64,000 bases of DNA from Candidatus Heimdallarchaeota archaeon. GTDB lineage: Archaea; Asgardarchaeota; Heimdallarchaeia; Hodarchaeales; Hodarchaeaceae. Below the pieces are notes generated by a model. The model was not told the DNA's origin, made no database searches, and saw only the letters and a program-made list of their open reading frames with translations. The DNA lies in assembly GCA_020353515.1 (NCBI GenBank), contig CP070695.1:3710277-3774276 (forward strand). The letters are read 5' to 3'. The translations under genes and the position numbers were made by a program. Position 1 is the stretch's first letter. Each line of letters starts with the position of its first letter. Below, one piece after another: positions 29,275 through 38,420 of the stretch.

Positions 29275-30681
29275 CTATTTAACTCCACGAACTTCTTCCA
29301 TTTTTGTTTCAAACTGAGTTTGCCAAGCTGGGTAATCATCTGGATTGTCAGGGTATTCAGCAAAGAGCTTTTCATAGTATTGAGCTCCTTTCACAATTTT
29401 CGAAAGCTGTAAAAGGATCCCATAACGAGGAAAGGATTTTATTGCAATTTTTAAGGTTCCAAAGAATCCTAACTGCTTACCTGCATGTAAATCTATGAAT
29501 TGCTCTTTATTCAGAATTTTTCTCTTTAATAAAAATTCAACTCCAGAGACCTTGATTCGACGTAAAGCTTCAGTAAATAATTGAACCTTGGTGTGACTTA
29601 GACCAAAATGGTTCATGACATCTACATTATATTGCCATAATTGATTTTCCGAAACATCATTCGTCTCAATCGCTTCTGATGCTGCTTTCCCAGCATAATA
29701 ACCTGCTGTTAACGCTGGCCCGTGGCCTTCCGCTGATAATGGATTTACATGAAAAGCTGCATCACCTGCGGTCAAAAATCCAGACGCGACAGCATTGGTC
29801 ATCGGGTAACGAGTGGGGATAGTGTATCCTCCCTTATCTTCTACTTCGTATGAATCAGGAGGGTAATAGTACTTGTGTAAAACTTCCCAAAAGTGTTGTT
29901 TCATTCCTCTCATCCTAGGTTCAAGAAACCACCCAATACCAACGTTGAGTCGCTTTTCACCTTTAGAAAAAACCCAAAAATAACCTGGTTCGGGAATTTC
30001 CTCCCGATAAATCAAGAAAATCTTATTATGGTAAGGATGATCCTGATTTTTCAATTTAATGATCTCACGGTAAGAAACAGCGACATCTCGTTTTTCCATC
30101 TCCTTCTCAAGAAGAGGAAATTCATCTTTGGGAAGAGTACGACGAATCTGAAAGTTCCTTCCGGAACAATCGATAGTAACTAGAGCCTTTATTTCATACG
30201 TTTCCTTATTTCTCTTATCCTGAACTACTGCTCCTATCACAGTATCAGCATCAGTAATAGCCTTAATAGCTTTAGTCTCTGTCCGTACTTCGACTCCGTA
30301 TTCTTCAGCAGTCTCTAGAAGACGTTGACCATACGGATGACGATTTAAAACATAACCGTCTCCCTGTATTGGAAAATCAGCCTTTGTGGTCTTAAAAATC
30401 AAATGTTCAACATTTTCAGCCACTTCCTCACCATGAGGTTTTTCAATGCCTAATTTTTCTTCTAAAAAAGTTGCTGGTGCTAGATTCAATGCATCACCAC
30501 ATACTTTGTTTCCAATCTCTTCATAAGGCTTTGAATCGATTAAAATCACTTTTTTTCCCATTTTGGCGGCAGTCAGCGCAGAGATCACCCCTGCAGGACC
30601 ACCACCAACAACTAAAACCTCAGTTTCTACCATAATTATCGCTTCTTCCGTATGAATTGACAAAAAGCTTTCTTGAGTCAA
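29275..30681 (-). CDS. Geranylgeranyl reductase family FAD oxidoreductase
   Basis: VVGGGPAG, KVCGDA, PGYFWVFSKG...NVGIG, GDAAFHVNPLSAEG. Confidence 0.88.
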   Translation of the reverse strand: MTQESFLSIHTEEAIIMVETEVLVVGGGPAGVISALTAAKMGKKVILIDSKPYEEIGNKVCGDALNLAPATFLEEKLGIEKPHGEEVAENVEHLIFKTTKADFPIQGDGYVLNRHPYGQRLLETAEEYGVEVRTETKAIKAITDADTVIGAVVQDKRNKETYEIKALVTIDCSGRNFQIRRTLPKDEFPLLEKEMEKRDVAVSYREIIKLKNQDHPYHNKIFLIYREEIPEPGYFWVFSKGEKRLNVGIGWFLEPRMRGMKQHFWEVLHKYYYPPDSYEVEDKGGYTIPTRYPMTNAVASGFLTAGDAAFHVNPLSAEGHGPALTAGYYAGKAASEAIETNDVSENQLWQYNVDVMNHFGLSHTKVQLFTEALRRIKVSGVEFLLKRKILNKEQFIDLHAGKQLGFFGTLKIAIKSFPRYGILLQLSKIVKGAQYYEKLFAEYPDNPDDYPAWQTQFETKMEEVRGVK

Positions 30682-30820
30682 TGATTTTTTATTCTAGGTT
30701 AAACCCAAATTCTAAATAGAGCATAAATATTTTTGTTGATTATCAGTTTGAGTGGCATTAAAAAACTTGAAATCTTTTTTCTCCTCTCAAATGAATCTTT
30801 TTTAGAATGGGTCAATCTGG

Positions 30821-31735
30821 ATGTCCAAATACGATCGTCTAATAACACTGAAAGAGGCGGTGATGTTTTCTAATCATGCAGAAGAGAATATTCGACTTCA
30901 AATAGAGCGTGGGTTATTAAAAAAATATGATAAAAATGGAAAACTGCTGAATGATCCTTTAAGAGTGAAAGGCTTCTTTAAACTTTCTGAGATAATGTCA
31001 GTTTATAACATAAAAGATCCAGAAGAAGTTAGGAAAGAATTTTTTGCACGAAAAAAAAGTCCTGATAGTGCGAAAGACATTCTACCTGAAAATGTCATTG
31101 TCCTAAGTTCCTCTGAAATGAATAGAATGGATCACATTGTGGAGGGGAGTATTGATACATGGATTCTCTTTCCAAAGTACTCTTTAACTGAAAAACAAGA
31201 ACCTGTGACTTCCACTGAGGTCAATAAATCACCAGTTCTAAAAGATGTCTTGGAATATCTGAATCATTCTTTAAGAGTACTAAAAACTCAAGGAAATATC
31301 ATTATCCATGCAATTCCAAGTTATGCGCCTTATTTTGGTGTAAAATTAACTAAACTGGGCTTTTTCTTCAAATATTGGATTGTTTTCAATACAGCAATCC
31401 CTCACAAACGAAATTTTAGAAGATTTACACCCGTGGCTAATAGTATCCTTTATTATGTAAGAACTCCCAAAAACTTCAGAATTAATCGAGTTAGAATACC
31501 TTATCGTGTTTGTTCATTTTGTAATGAACCGTTAAAAGACTATGGGGGAAAAAAACACCTTAGACATATTGAGGGAATGGTTCTATCAGATATTTGGCAT
31601 TTTGAAAAAAAGCAATTAACTCCTGAAAATCACCTCCATTCTACAATTCTTAAACGTATAATTGATTTGTCGAGCACATCTTCAACCACCCTCTTACTTG
31701 CTCCTTTTGATGGAGAGAAACCTCATGAAGATTAG
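30821..31735 (+). CDS. N-terminal HTH plus degenerate beta-class DNA methyltransferase domain
   Basis: LITLKEA...IRLQIERGLLKKY HTH; motif IV reads FPKY, motif I reads APFDGEK at the very C-terminus; CSFC..KDYGGKK..LSDIW segment. Confidence 0.65.
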   Translation: MSKYDRLITLKEAVMFSNHAEENIRLQIERGLLKKYDKNGKLLNDPLRVKGFFKLSEIMSVYNIKDPEEVRKEFFARKKSPDSAKDILPENVIVLSSSEMNRMDHIVEGSIDTWILFPKYSLTEKQEPVTSTEVNKSPVLKDVLEYLNHSLRVLKTQGNIIIHAIPSYAPYFGVKLTKLGFFFKYWIVFNTAIPHKRNFRRFTPVANSILYYVRTPKNFRINRVRIPYRVCSFCNEPLKDYGGKKHLRHIEGMVLSDIWHFEKKQLTPENHLHSTILKRIIDLSSTSSTTLLLAPFDGEKPHED

Positions 31736-32522
31736 AAATAAGATAATCTGTGGGGATTGTATTAGTGAAATGATGAACCTCCCCTCTAACATCATAGATT
31801 TAGCATTTGCAGATCCTCCTTATAATTTAAATAAGGATTATGGTGTATATGCAGATTCTAATTCCCCTATTGATTATCTAGAGTGGACAGAGAAATGGTT
31901 ATCCGAAATATTACGATTATTGAAACCAGGAGGGTCATTCTACCTCTTGAATCTCCCAAAATGGGCCATTCATCATGCAGTGTTTCTAGATCAATTCTTA
32001 TATCGTCAGAACACCATTGCTTGGGATGCATTATCAACTCCACGAGGAAAGATAATGCCAGCCCATTATTCTCTACTCTATTACACTAAATCAAGGACAT
32101 ACACCTTTAACCAATTGACCTCCAAACATAATTGGACCCATTGCGCTCGTAGTAAGTGTATTCAGGAGCGAACTACTTCGAATTTGCCTGATAAACCTTT
32201 CTCTGACATTTGGACTAATATTTACAGAGTTAAACATCGAAAAAAGAGACATGTGGATCATCCCACTCAATTACCATTAAATTTCATGGAACGAATAATC
32301 CTAACATCTTCCAATAAGGGGGATCTTATTTTTGATCCATTTCTGGGAGTAGGCACTACTGCTATTGCAGCTAAACTACTAAAACGGGACTACCTTGGAA
32401 TTGAGATTAATCCTGAATATGTTCAAGAATCTCAGAAGAACTTAAAACAGATCTCTTTATTTCAGTCTCGTCTTGAATTCCAAAATCAACAACACCCATT
32501 GAATCTCGATAACTTTCTTTAA
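31725..32522 (+). CDS. Beta-class N4-C/N6-A DNA methyltransferase
   Basis: IICGDC, FADPPYN, HPTQLP, DPFLGVGTT, GIEINPEY; start ATG 31725 overlaps the upstream gene by 11 nt. Confidence 0.9.
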   Translation: MKIRNKIICGDCISEMMNLPSNIIDLAFADPPYNLNKDYGVYADSNSPIDYLEWTEKWLSEILRLLKPGGSFYLLNLPKWAIHHAVFLDQFLYRQNTIAWDALSTPRGKIMPAHYSLLYYTKSRTYTFNQLTSKHNWTHCARSKCIQERTTSNLPDKPFSDIWTNIYRVKHRKKRHVDHPTQLPLNFMERIILTSSNKGDLIFDPFLGVGTTAIAAKLLKRDYLGIEINPEYVQESQKNLKQISLFQSRLEFQNQQHPLNLDNFL

Positions 32523-32526
32523 TAAT

Positions 32527-34473
32527 ATGAGATTTAACGGACTTACTGATATATTAGCGGGAATACTTGTGAAATCCTCAGAAAGAAAAAAAACTTTGGG
32601 TATATATCATACACCTCCATCTCTGGCCCAATTTGTTGTTTGGTCTGGATTTCAACGGCTTTTTCAACAACAATTCCCTGAGCTAGGGTTAAAAGATTTG
32701 AAGCATAATTTTTTTTTGAAATCTCTCAATGAGACTTTAAACCTTTCAACCCGCAAATATATCCACGAATACATTAAAAACCTGAAAATTTTAGATTTAG
32801 GAGTCGGGAATGGCGCTTTTCTAATAGTAGCTGGTAAATTTCTTGAATCTGTATACCCTATAGAAGACGTAAATGATCTGATTGAATTAAAATTAGAATT
32901 ATTACAAAAGAATTTATTTGGAGTAGATAATAATCCTCAAGCGATTTCTTCATGTAGAAAAAATCTTATCACATGGATATTAGGAACCAATGAACCTGAT
33001 CAATATCTAAAGAAAACTAAAGAAATTCAACAATCTTTAGAGTGCAAAATCCGATTAGGAAATGTGTTACTTGGAAACATTACCCCAAATGCTCAAGAAT
33101 ATTCAAAATTTCTAAATGAAAAAGAAGTCTTCCACTGGCATGACGAGTTCCCATCGGTTTTTGATGGGAAAGGTTCAGGATTTGACTTAATCCTATGTAA
33201 TCCTCCCTATGTGACGAAAGATATCTCACCTGAAGATAACCGTCTTTATCGAAGGTTGTATCGAAAACAATTATTTATAAATCGCTTTAATCTCTATCAT
33301 CTTTTCTTTGCTCGTGTTTTTGATCTTTTATCTCCAAATGGAATAACTGTGTTTTTAACTTCAAACTCTGTACTCACAGATAGTTATAGTCAAAAAGTAC
33401 GCGATTTTCTACAAACTAGTTTTTTCATTGAAGATCTTGTAGATTTTGTGAGTCGAACGAAAATTTTTCCAAATGTCTTGCAAGGGACTTGTATCTTAGT
33501 TATACGGAAAAAAAATGGAGTACCCAAACCCGAAACAAGATTAATTAGAACATTTGATATGAAATCATTGATTCAAGGTGCATTTGTTGATGAATACATC
33601 CCGACATCACATCTATTTCACTTAAGGAAGATCATTCCTTCTCCGTTTCAAGAAACATTTCATATTTTGAAGCACTTACAAAAGACTTCTCCTCTACTGA
33701 GAAATATTTTCAGAATACAAAGTGGTGAAATTAGACCGGCTGATAAAAAAATACGACCGTATTATTACAAGGAGCTCCCTGAAAATCACAAGGTTTCTGA
33801 CTTTGATATTGTATTAAATGGAAAAAACGTGTCTCCATACTTAATTAATCTTAGAGAAAACCGTCAAAAGCCTAGGTGGTATAAAAAACCAGATTTCGCT
33901 GACGATTGGATCTTTAGAGAAGATCATGCCTTAATCCCCCGAATTGTTGTACAAAGGATTACTGCAAGAGAACAACTACGACGTATTATTGCTGGAAAGA
34001 TAACCAATCAACATCTTAAAATTAATAAGAGAATCTGGGTTGAAAACAATATCAACTACTTTCTTCTCAAACCTGATTTTCCAACTAATTGGATTTCGTC
34101 AGCTGAAGCATTATTAGGTATTCTTAACTCTCTATTGATTAACTGGTATATGCACCAGATCAATTTAACAGCTGCAGTTCCACCTTCAGACTTAGGTCTT
34201 ATTCCTCTTCCTCAGAAAAAGGCTGAAAACCATGAAAAAATGCAAATATTGCATCAAAAGGTTTTACTCATCCAAAAATTCCTTCAAACATACTCCTCAT
34301 CCTCAGAAATATTAAAACATTTATGTCCCCATTGTACATCTTCTGAGAAAATAAAACAACTTCAGTCAGAAATTGATAGCTTAGTTTTTCAGTTATATGA
34401 AATTCCACAAAATTATCAAAATGAAATAATACATCAATTATCTCAACATCACGAATATTTTGGTCATCATTAA
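32527..34473 (+). CDS. Gamma-class N6-adenine DNA methyltransferase (Eco57I/TaqI-like with TRD), no nuclease domain evident
   Basis: LGIYHTP, LDLGVGNGAFL, LFGVD, FHWHDEFP, FDLILCNPPY, LLGILNSLLINWY, IDSLVFQLY. Confidence 0.88.
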   Translation: MRFNGLTDILAGILVKSSERKKTLGIYHTPPSLAQFVVWSGFQRLFQQQFPELGLKDLKHNFFLKSLNETLNLSTRKYIHEYIKNLKILDLGVGNGAFLIVAGKFLESVYPIEDVNDLIELKLELLQKNLFGVDNNPQAISSCRKNLITWILGTNEPDQYLKKTKEIQQSLECKIRLGNVLLGNITPNAQEYSKFLNEKEVFHWHDEFPSVFDGKGSGFDLILCNPPYVTKDISPEDNRLYRRLYRKQLFINRFNLYHLFFARVFDLLSPNGITVFLTSNSVLTDSYSQKVRDFLQTSFFIEDLVDFVSRTKIFPNVLQGTCILVIRKKNGVPKPETRLIRTFDMKSLIQGAFVDEYIPTSHLFHLRKIIPSPFQETFHILKHLQKTSPLLRNIFRIQSGEIRPADKKIRPYYYKELPENHKVSDFDIVLNGKNVSPYLINLRENRQKPRWYKKPDFADDWIFREDHALIPRIVVQRITAREQLRRIIAGKITNQHLKINKRIWVENNINYFLLKPDFPTNWISSAEALLGILNSLLINWYMHQINLTAAVPPSDLGLIPLPQKKAENHEKMQILHQKVLLIQKFLQTYSSSSEILKHLCPHCTSSEKIKQLQSEIDSLVFQLYEIPQNYQNEIIHQLSQHHEYFGHH

Positions 34474-34491
34474 ATCTCGGTAATGTCCACC

Positions 34492-35961
34492 TTATTCTGA
34501 AATAAGACGCTTCCTCTTCCACAGTTTTCTCTTGAGGGGGATGAAGCTAATCGAAAATATAATTAGTAGCACTCCGAACCCCCAAGTCGCTGCACCATGA
34601 GGTATCTCACTAGAAGGATAGATAATGGATTCAAGTAAAATTAATTCTTGCACTGCTAATAGAATTTGTACTTGATCAAGAAGGTATTGCAAATTTTGAT
34701 CTTTGGAAGAAGAATAGAATCCAGAATTTGGAGCTTCTAATTTTTCAATTAACGTTCCAGTAATGTATTGACCATGACGGAGTCGTTCAAACAACACTTT
34801 ACACCGAATGATGACACTCTGATCACTTGCAAGAATTTCATCAGAATCCTTACGATTAGAACTATTATAATATGCGCTATAACTCCAATCCTCGTTGATT
34901 AAATGGTTTCCAATAAATGTATTTATTCGACTTATGAGGAGACTTACTGATGATCCAATATCAAACTCATTATTAAGCTTATTCAACGCAAGAATAAGGT
35001 TTCCTTGATGTTTTGAATAGAAGATTGGAGATACTTCAGATGAATTTATGTCAAAAAAATTAGGAATACCATTAGTTCTGTTTGTTAACTGATCGAGAGT
35101 TTCCACAGTTTGTCTAGCGTAATCAGATAACAGTGAGAGATTGAAAAGATTAGGAAAATTAACAGCATTAGAAAGAAATTCGATAAAAAGAATCTGGTCA
35201 CCCGCTAATCGAAAAGAATTATTGGGAGAATAACCTAGAGTGCTTGTTATCCTATCGATCTTCGGAAGTACTGTTTCCCAAAGGTATAAGCAAGAATTGT
35301 GAAAATTCTCAAGATTAAAAGTGTTTAATGGTATTTCTTCAGGCCTATAAACAAGAAAAGTTCTCAATAGTTTAATATGTAGCTCAGATGCATTGTCACC
35401 AGCATATGAATTATTCCATAGTGGGAATTTCTCGAAAAGAAGCTCTCTTCCAATATTCCACCATTTTGAACTAGCTTTAAATTGGTTGAAGTACCATATT
35501 AGATCTAAAACTTCAGTATCAGAAATCAGACGTGATATGTTAATAGAACCATCAATTATTATTGGATTAATTGTTGAATAAGTTGGAGAGATCATTTCTT
35601 CAATAACTATTTCCAAGTTTCTGGTTACCTGTTCTGGATCAAGTTCTTCTGGGATAGGTGTTGTAGTCTCGATTGATGGTTCAGTAATTTTAGTGTCAGT
35701 AGTTTCAGTAGTAGTATTGTTATCATTGTTATTTGAAAGTTGGTTACTCATGAGAGAAGCAAAAGAAAGAAAAGCAGTAGGAATGATTAGTAGGAAAAAA
35801 ATGCCAATGATTAACCGTGTCCTATTTTTCTTGGGTCGGAAAATAAGAGGTGATTTTCCTTTCTGCATTCGTGAAAGTGATTTTCGACTCTGCCTGATGT
35901 AATCCTCAAGTTCTTGTTCAGAAGGTCCCTCGAAACCTTTTTGACCACGAACCTCGCTCAT
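34492..35961 (-). CDS. Doubly membrane-anchored surface protein with divergent (alpha/alpha)-barrel-like ectodomain
   Basis: Basic cytoplasmic N-terminus, TM, N/T-rich linker, helical repeats (LAGDQ, LASDQ, LLDQ; GFYSS), C-terminal GAATWGF-TM-KRK tail. Confidence 0.6.
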   Translation of the reverse strand: MSEVRGQKGFEGPSEQELEDYIRQSRKSLSRMQKGKSPLIFRPKKNRTRLIIGIFFLLIIPTAFLSFASLMSNQLSNNNDNNTTTETTDTKITEPSIETTTPIPEELDPEQVTRNLEIVIEEMISPTYSTINPIIIDGSINISRLISDTEVLDLIWYFNQFKASSKWWNIGRELLFEKFPLWNNSYAGDNASELHIKLLRTFLVYRPEEIPLNTFNLENFHNSCLYLWETVLPKIDRITSTLGYSPNNSFRLAGDQILFIEFLSNAVNFPNLFNLSLLSDYARQTVETLDQLTNRTNGIPNFFDINSSEVSPIFYSKHQGNLILALNKLNNEFDIGSSVSLLISRINTFIGNHLINEDWSYSAYYNSSNRKDSDEILASDQSVIIRCKVLFERLRHGQYITGTLIEKLEAPNSGFYSSSKDQNLQYLLDQVQILLAVQELILLESIIYPSSEIPHGAATWGFGVLLIIFSISFIPLKRKLWKRKRLISE

Positions 35962-35968
35962 TTCATCT

Positions 35969-36790
35969 TCACTTCATCAAACCACACGACTCTAATAAAT
36001 TATTACAAAATTTCTCAATATCTTGTGAAAAAGAATGCTCTTTTTCTTTTAATACATAAATTCTTTCCGTTACGAAAGGGATCCGCCGAAAGGAGTAAAT
36101 AGGACGTATGGGAATTGCTTTTGGATTATTACTCAAATTCTCCCATATGATTTGAACATTCTCCTCGGCTACTTTCACATCCTCAGGATTCGGTTCAAAC
36201 GCAATATCTTCTTGATGCTCTATTTGATTCATAATTGCAAAGAATTCTACCCCCTCTAGTTTAGAGTAACATTCTGAAATTAACAAATTCAAACCCTTAA
36301 TTTCAGATTTAACTGGACGTGTAACAATCATAATTTTATCCGAAACAACTAAAGCATCAAGTGATCGAAAAGTGATACCAGGCATGCAATCTATGATCAA
36401 AAATTCATAAATCTGTGAATTGCAATAACGAATAAATTCAAATAGTTTAGCGAGAATTCTTCCTTCTCCATGTTGGGTTAGTTTTGACCGAACTTTGGGT
36501 TGTTGGAGAATCTCAATACCAGAAAAAACACAGTCAAAATTCGGTATATCCGTTGAAATTATAACATTTTCTGGTTCAATATCTCCAACTAGAAACTCAG
36601 TTAATGTTTTTTTCCCTGATTCTTCGATTAGGGAATCTGAAGGTAGATAAGATTGGAGTGAGGGAGCCCGAAGATCAAAATCGACCAGACACACCTTTTT
36701 GTCTAGAGTAGCTAATTTTACTGCGGTATTCACTGATAAAAGGGTCTTTCCGACACCTCCCCGATAGCTATGAAAGGTAATTGTCTCCAT
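35969..36790 (-). CDS. ParA/MinD family ATPase
   Basis: Deviant Walker A HSYRGGVGKT, VCLVDFDLRAPSL, FLIIDCMPG, IMNQ. Confidence 0.9.
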   Translation of the reverse strand: METITFHSYRGGVGKTLLSVNTAVKLATLDKKVCLVDFDLRAPSLQSYLPSDSLIEESGKKTLTEFLVGDIEPENVIISTDIPNFDCVFSGIEILQQPKVRSKLTQHGEGRILAKLFEFIRYCNSQIYEFLIIDCMPGITFRSLDALVVSDKIMIVTRPVKSEIKGLNLLISECYSKLEGVEFFAIMNQIEHQEDIAFEPNPEDVKVAEENVQIIWENLSNNPKAIPIRPIYSFRRIPFVTERIYVLKEKEHSFSQDIEKFCNNLLESCGLMK

Positions 36791-37210
36791 TTATTCATCG
36801 ACTCCAAGGGTTTTGTACAAGACTTCAGTAGCTTTACTATCAGGTGTCACTTTCACCCTTTTCTTCAGAATAAAGCCATTATCAGCTAAATAATTCAAGT
36901 ACCGAGATTCCAGTCCTCTACTACGTCCAGTCTCCAAAGCAATATCAGAACTTGTGACCCAATCATCCTTCCTCTGGATTGTTTTATAAGTAGTAAATAA
37001 TCCAGGCCGAGAATCTTGTAAATTTAATATTTCTAAGCTTGAAGGCATTATGGCCCTTTCCACCTCGTACGAGTGTTCAGAGCTCTCTAGCCCTGTTAAT
37101 TTTGCTAAAAAATTATTCATATTTGACAAAGAGCTTTCAATAGACATTAATTGGTGAGAAATTGATTTTATTTCCTTTAAAATGTCAATTAAGAGGTTAT
37201 TATCATTCAT
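36791..37210 (-). CDS. Coiled-coil plus winged-helix DNA-binding protein
   Basis: N-terminal heptads LLIDILKEIKSISHQLMSIESSLSNM; wHTH VTSSDIALETGRSRGLESRYLNYLADNGFILKKR; stop directly abuts the ParA ATG. Confidence 0.8.
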   Translation of the reverse strand: MNDNNLLIDILKEIKSISHQLMSIESSLSNMNNFLAKLTGLESSEHSYEVERAIMPSSLEILNLQDSRPGLFTTYKTIQRKDDWVTSSDIALETGRSRGLESRYLNYLADNGFILKKRVKVTPDSKATEVLYKTLGVDE

Positions 37211-37243
37211 TTTTACCTATTTTTCGGTTAGTTTTAACATCCT

Positions 37244-37277
37244 TATATACGTTGCGCAACATTGCGCAACGTTTATA
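37244..37277. promoter_or_regulatory. 34-bp palindrome with two TTGCGCAA boxes 10 bp apart, flanked by back-to-back TATA boxes
   Basis: TATATACGTTGCGCAA-CA-TTGCGCAACGTTTATA (15/16 arm match); TATATAA on minus at 37243-37249, TTTATATA on plus at 37272-37279. Confidence 0.8.
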
Positions 37278-37363
37278 TACCTAGATGAACTTTGATAATA
37301 AACGATGATATTTGTTGATAAAAGATAAAAATTTTGTTATTTATGTAGTCAGAGGAAGTAAAT

Positions 37364-37531
37364 ATGAAAGAAAGGTTATTCACTAAGTTAAAATCGAAGT
37401 TATGGAGTATTCTAGATGTACTGTCTATCATGGAAAAGCATTTAAGGAAAATTGTGTACTCAGATTACTTAATCGAATGCCCTTTCAACATTGAGAGTAG
37501 AGGGACTCTAGATCGATTCAATTTGAGGTGA
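37364..37531 (+). CDS. Putative 55-aa small protein (not in ORF track)
   Basis: GAGG SD, MKERLFTKLKSKLWSILDVLSIMEKHLRKIVYSDYLIECPFNIESRGTLDRFNLR; its stop lies in the GAGGTGA SD of the next gene. Confidence 0.4.
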   Translation: MKERLFTKLKSKLWSILDVLSIMEKHLRKIVYSDYLIECPFNIESRGTLDRFNLR

Positions 37532-37538
37532 AATAAGA

Positions 37539-38420
37539 ATGAAAATATGGTTGAAAAAACATCATTTGCTCATAATTACTTGTATAGGTATCCAATTTTT
37601 ACTTATACCTGCATTTGCGAATAGTAATAGTTCATTCATAAATAGTTTCTGGAATACTCTAGGTTATGGAGATTATAATGTATTAACGGATTGGTCAGAA
37701 GCAGGTAAGGTTGAATTTTCAATATTGGACTTTGCTGGATTTCTTTATATCAAAAATGATTATGAATCAATATACTTAGGAGTGAGGGTACTAGATGAAA
37801 TAGATAATCTGACTTGGAGAATAAATTTTGATGTGGATGCTGATGGAGGATGGGCTGAGGATGCAAAAGCATTAACTCTAAGAAATCAGATTTTTTCTTA
37901 TGATGATGAGTATTACCTCCAAAATAATCCAGAAGCATTTTCTGACGCTCAACAAGATGATTTCACCGCTTCTATGAGAACTTTCACCTCGGTTAATAGA
38001 GAAAATACAATCTTTGAATTGAAAATACCTCTGCAAACAAATGACCATCTACATGATCTACAAGTCCAGAATCCTGAAACAACAATCATTGGCATATCAA
38101 TGGATGTTGAATTAGACGATTCTGGAATAAATGGGACGTGGAAAGGTAGTTCATATCCCGATTATGCTAATGCTTCTAATTATGTTAATATTTTGTTTGC
38201 TGGGCCTCAAGATCGAAAGATTCCAGTCTTTGAAGAAGAGGAAGAACCACCACCAGAGGAAACAACAGAGCTTGAAGAAGAGACGACGAGTACTGGATAT
38301 GGTTACCCACCTGGTATGGAAAGAGGAGCAGCGACTTCATTTGAAGCTTGGATAGTGCTAATAAGCATTGCTTTTGTCACTATCCTAGGAAGCAAGAAAC
38401 GAAGGAGGGATATCAAGTGA
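37539..38420 (+). CDS. Secreted DOMON/CBM9-like beta-sandwich protein with C-terminal sorting tail
   Basis: Signal peptide; LYIKND..SIYLG, INFDVD.DG....D, FELKIPL; acidic Pro/Thr linker; GAATSF-TM-KKRRR. Confidence 0.6.
   Translation: MKIWLKKHHLLIITCIGIQFLLIPAFANSNSSFINSFWNTLGYGDYNVLTDWSEAGKVEFSILDFAGFLYIKNDYESIYLGVRVLDEIDNLTWRINFDVDADGGWAEDAKALTLRNQIFSYDDEYYLQNNPEAFSDAQQDDFTASMRTFTSVNRENTIFELKIPLQTNDHLHDLQVQNPETTIIGISMDVELDDSGINGTWKGSSYPDYANASNYVNILFAGPQDRKIPVFEEEEEPPPEETTELEEETTSTGYGYPPGMERGAATSFEAWIVLISIAFVTILGSKKRRRDIK

Noticed and set aside
37252-37269. TTGCGCAA equals the eukaryotic C/EBP bZIP consensus
   Set aside because: The adjacent regulator is coiled-coil + wHTH with no basic region before the zipper; the match is treated as coincidental.
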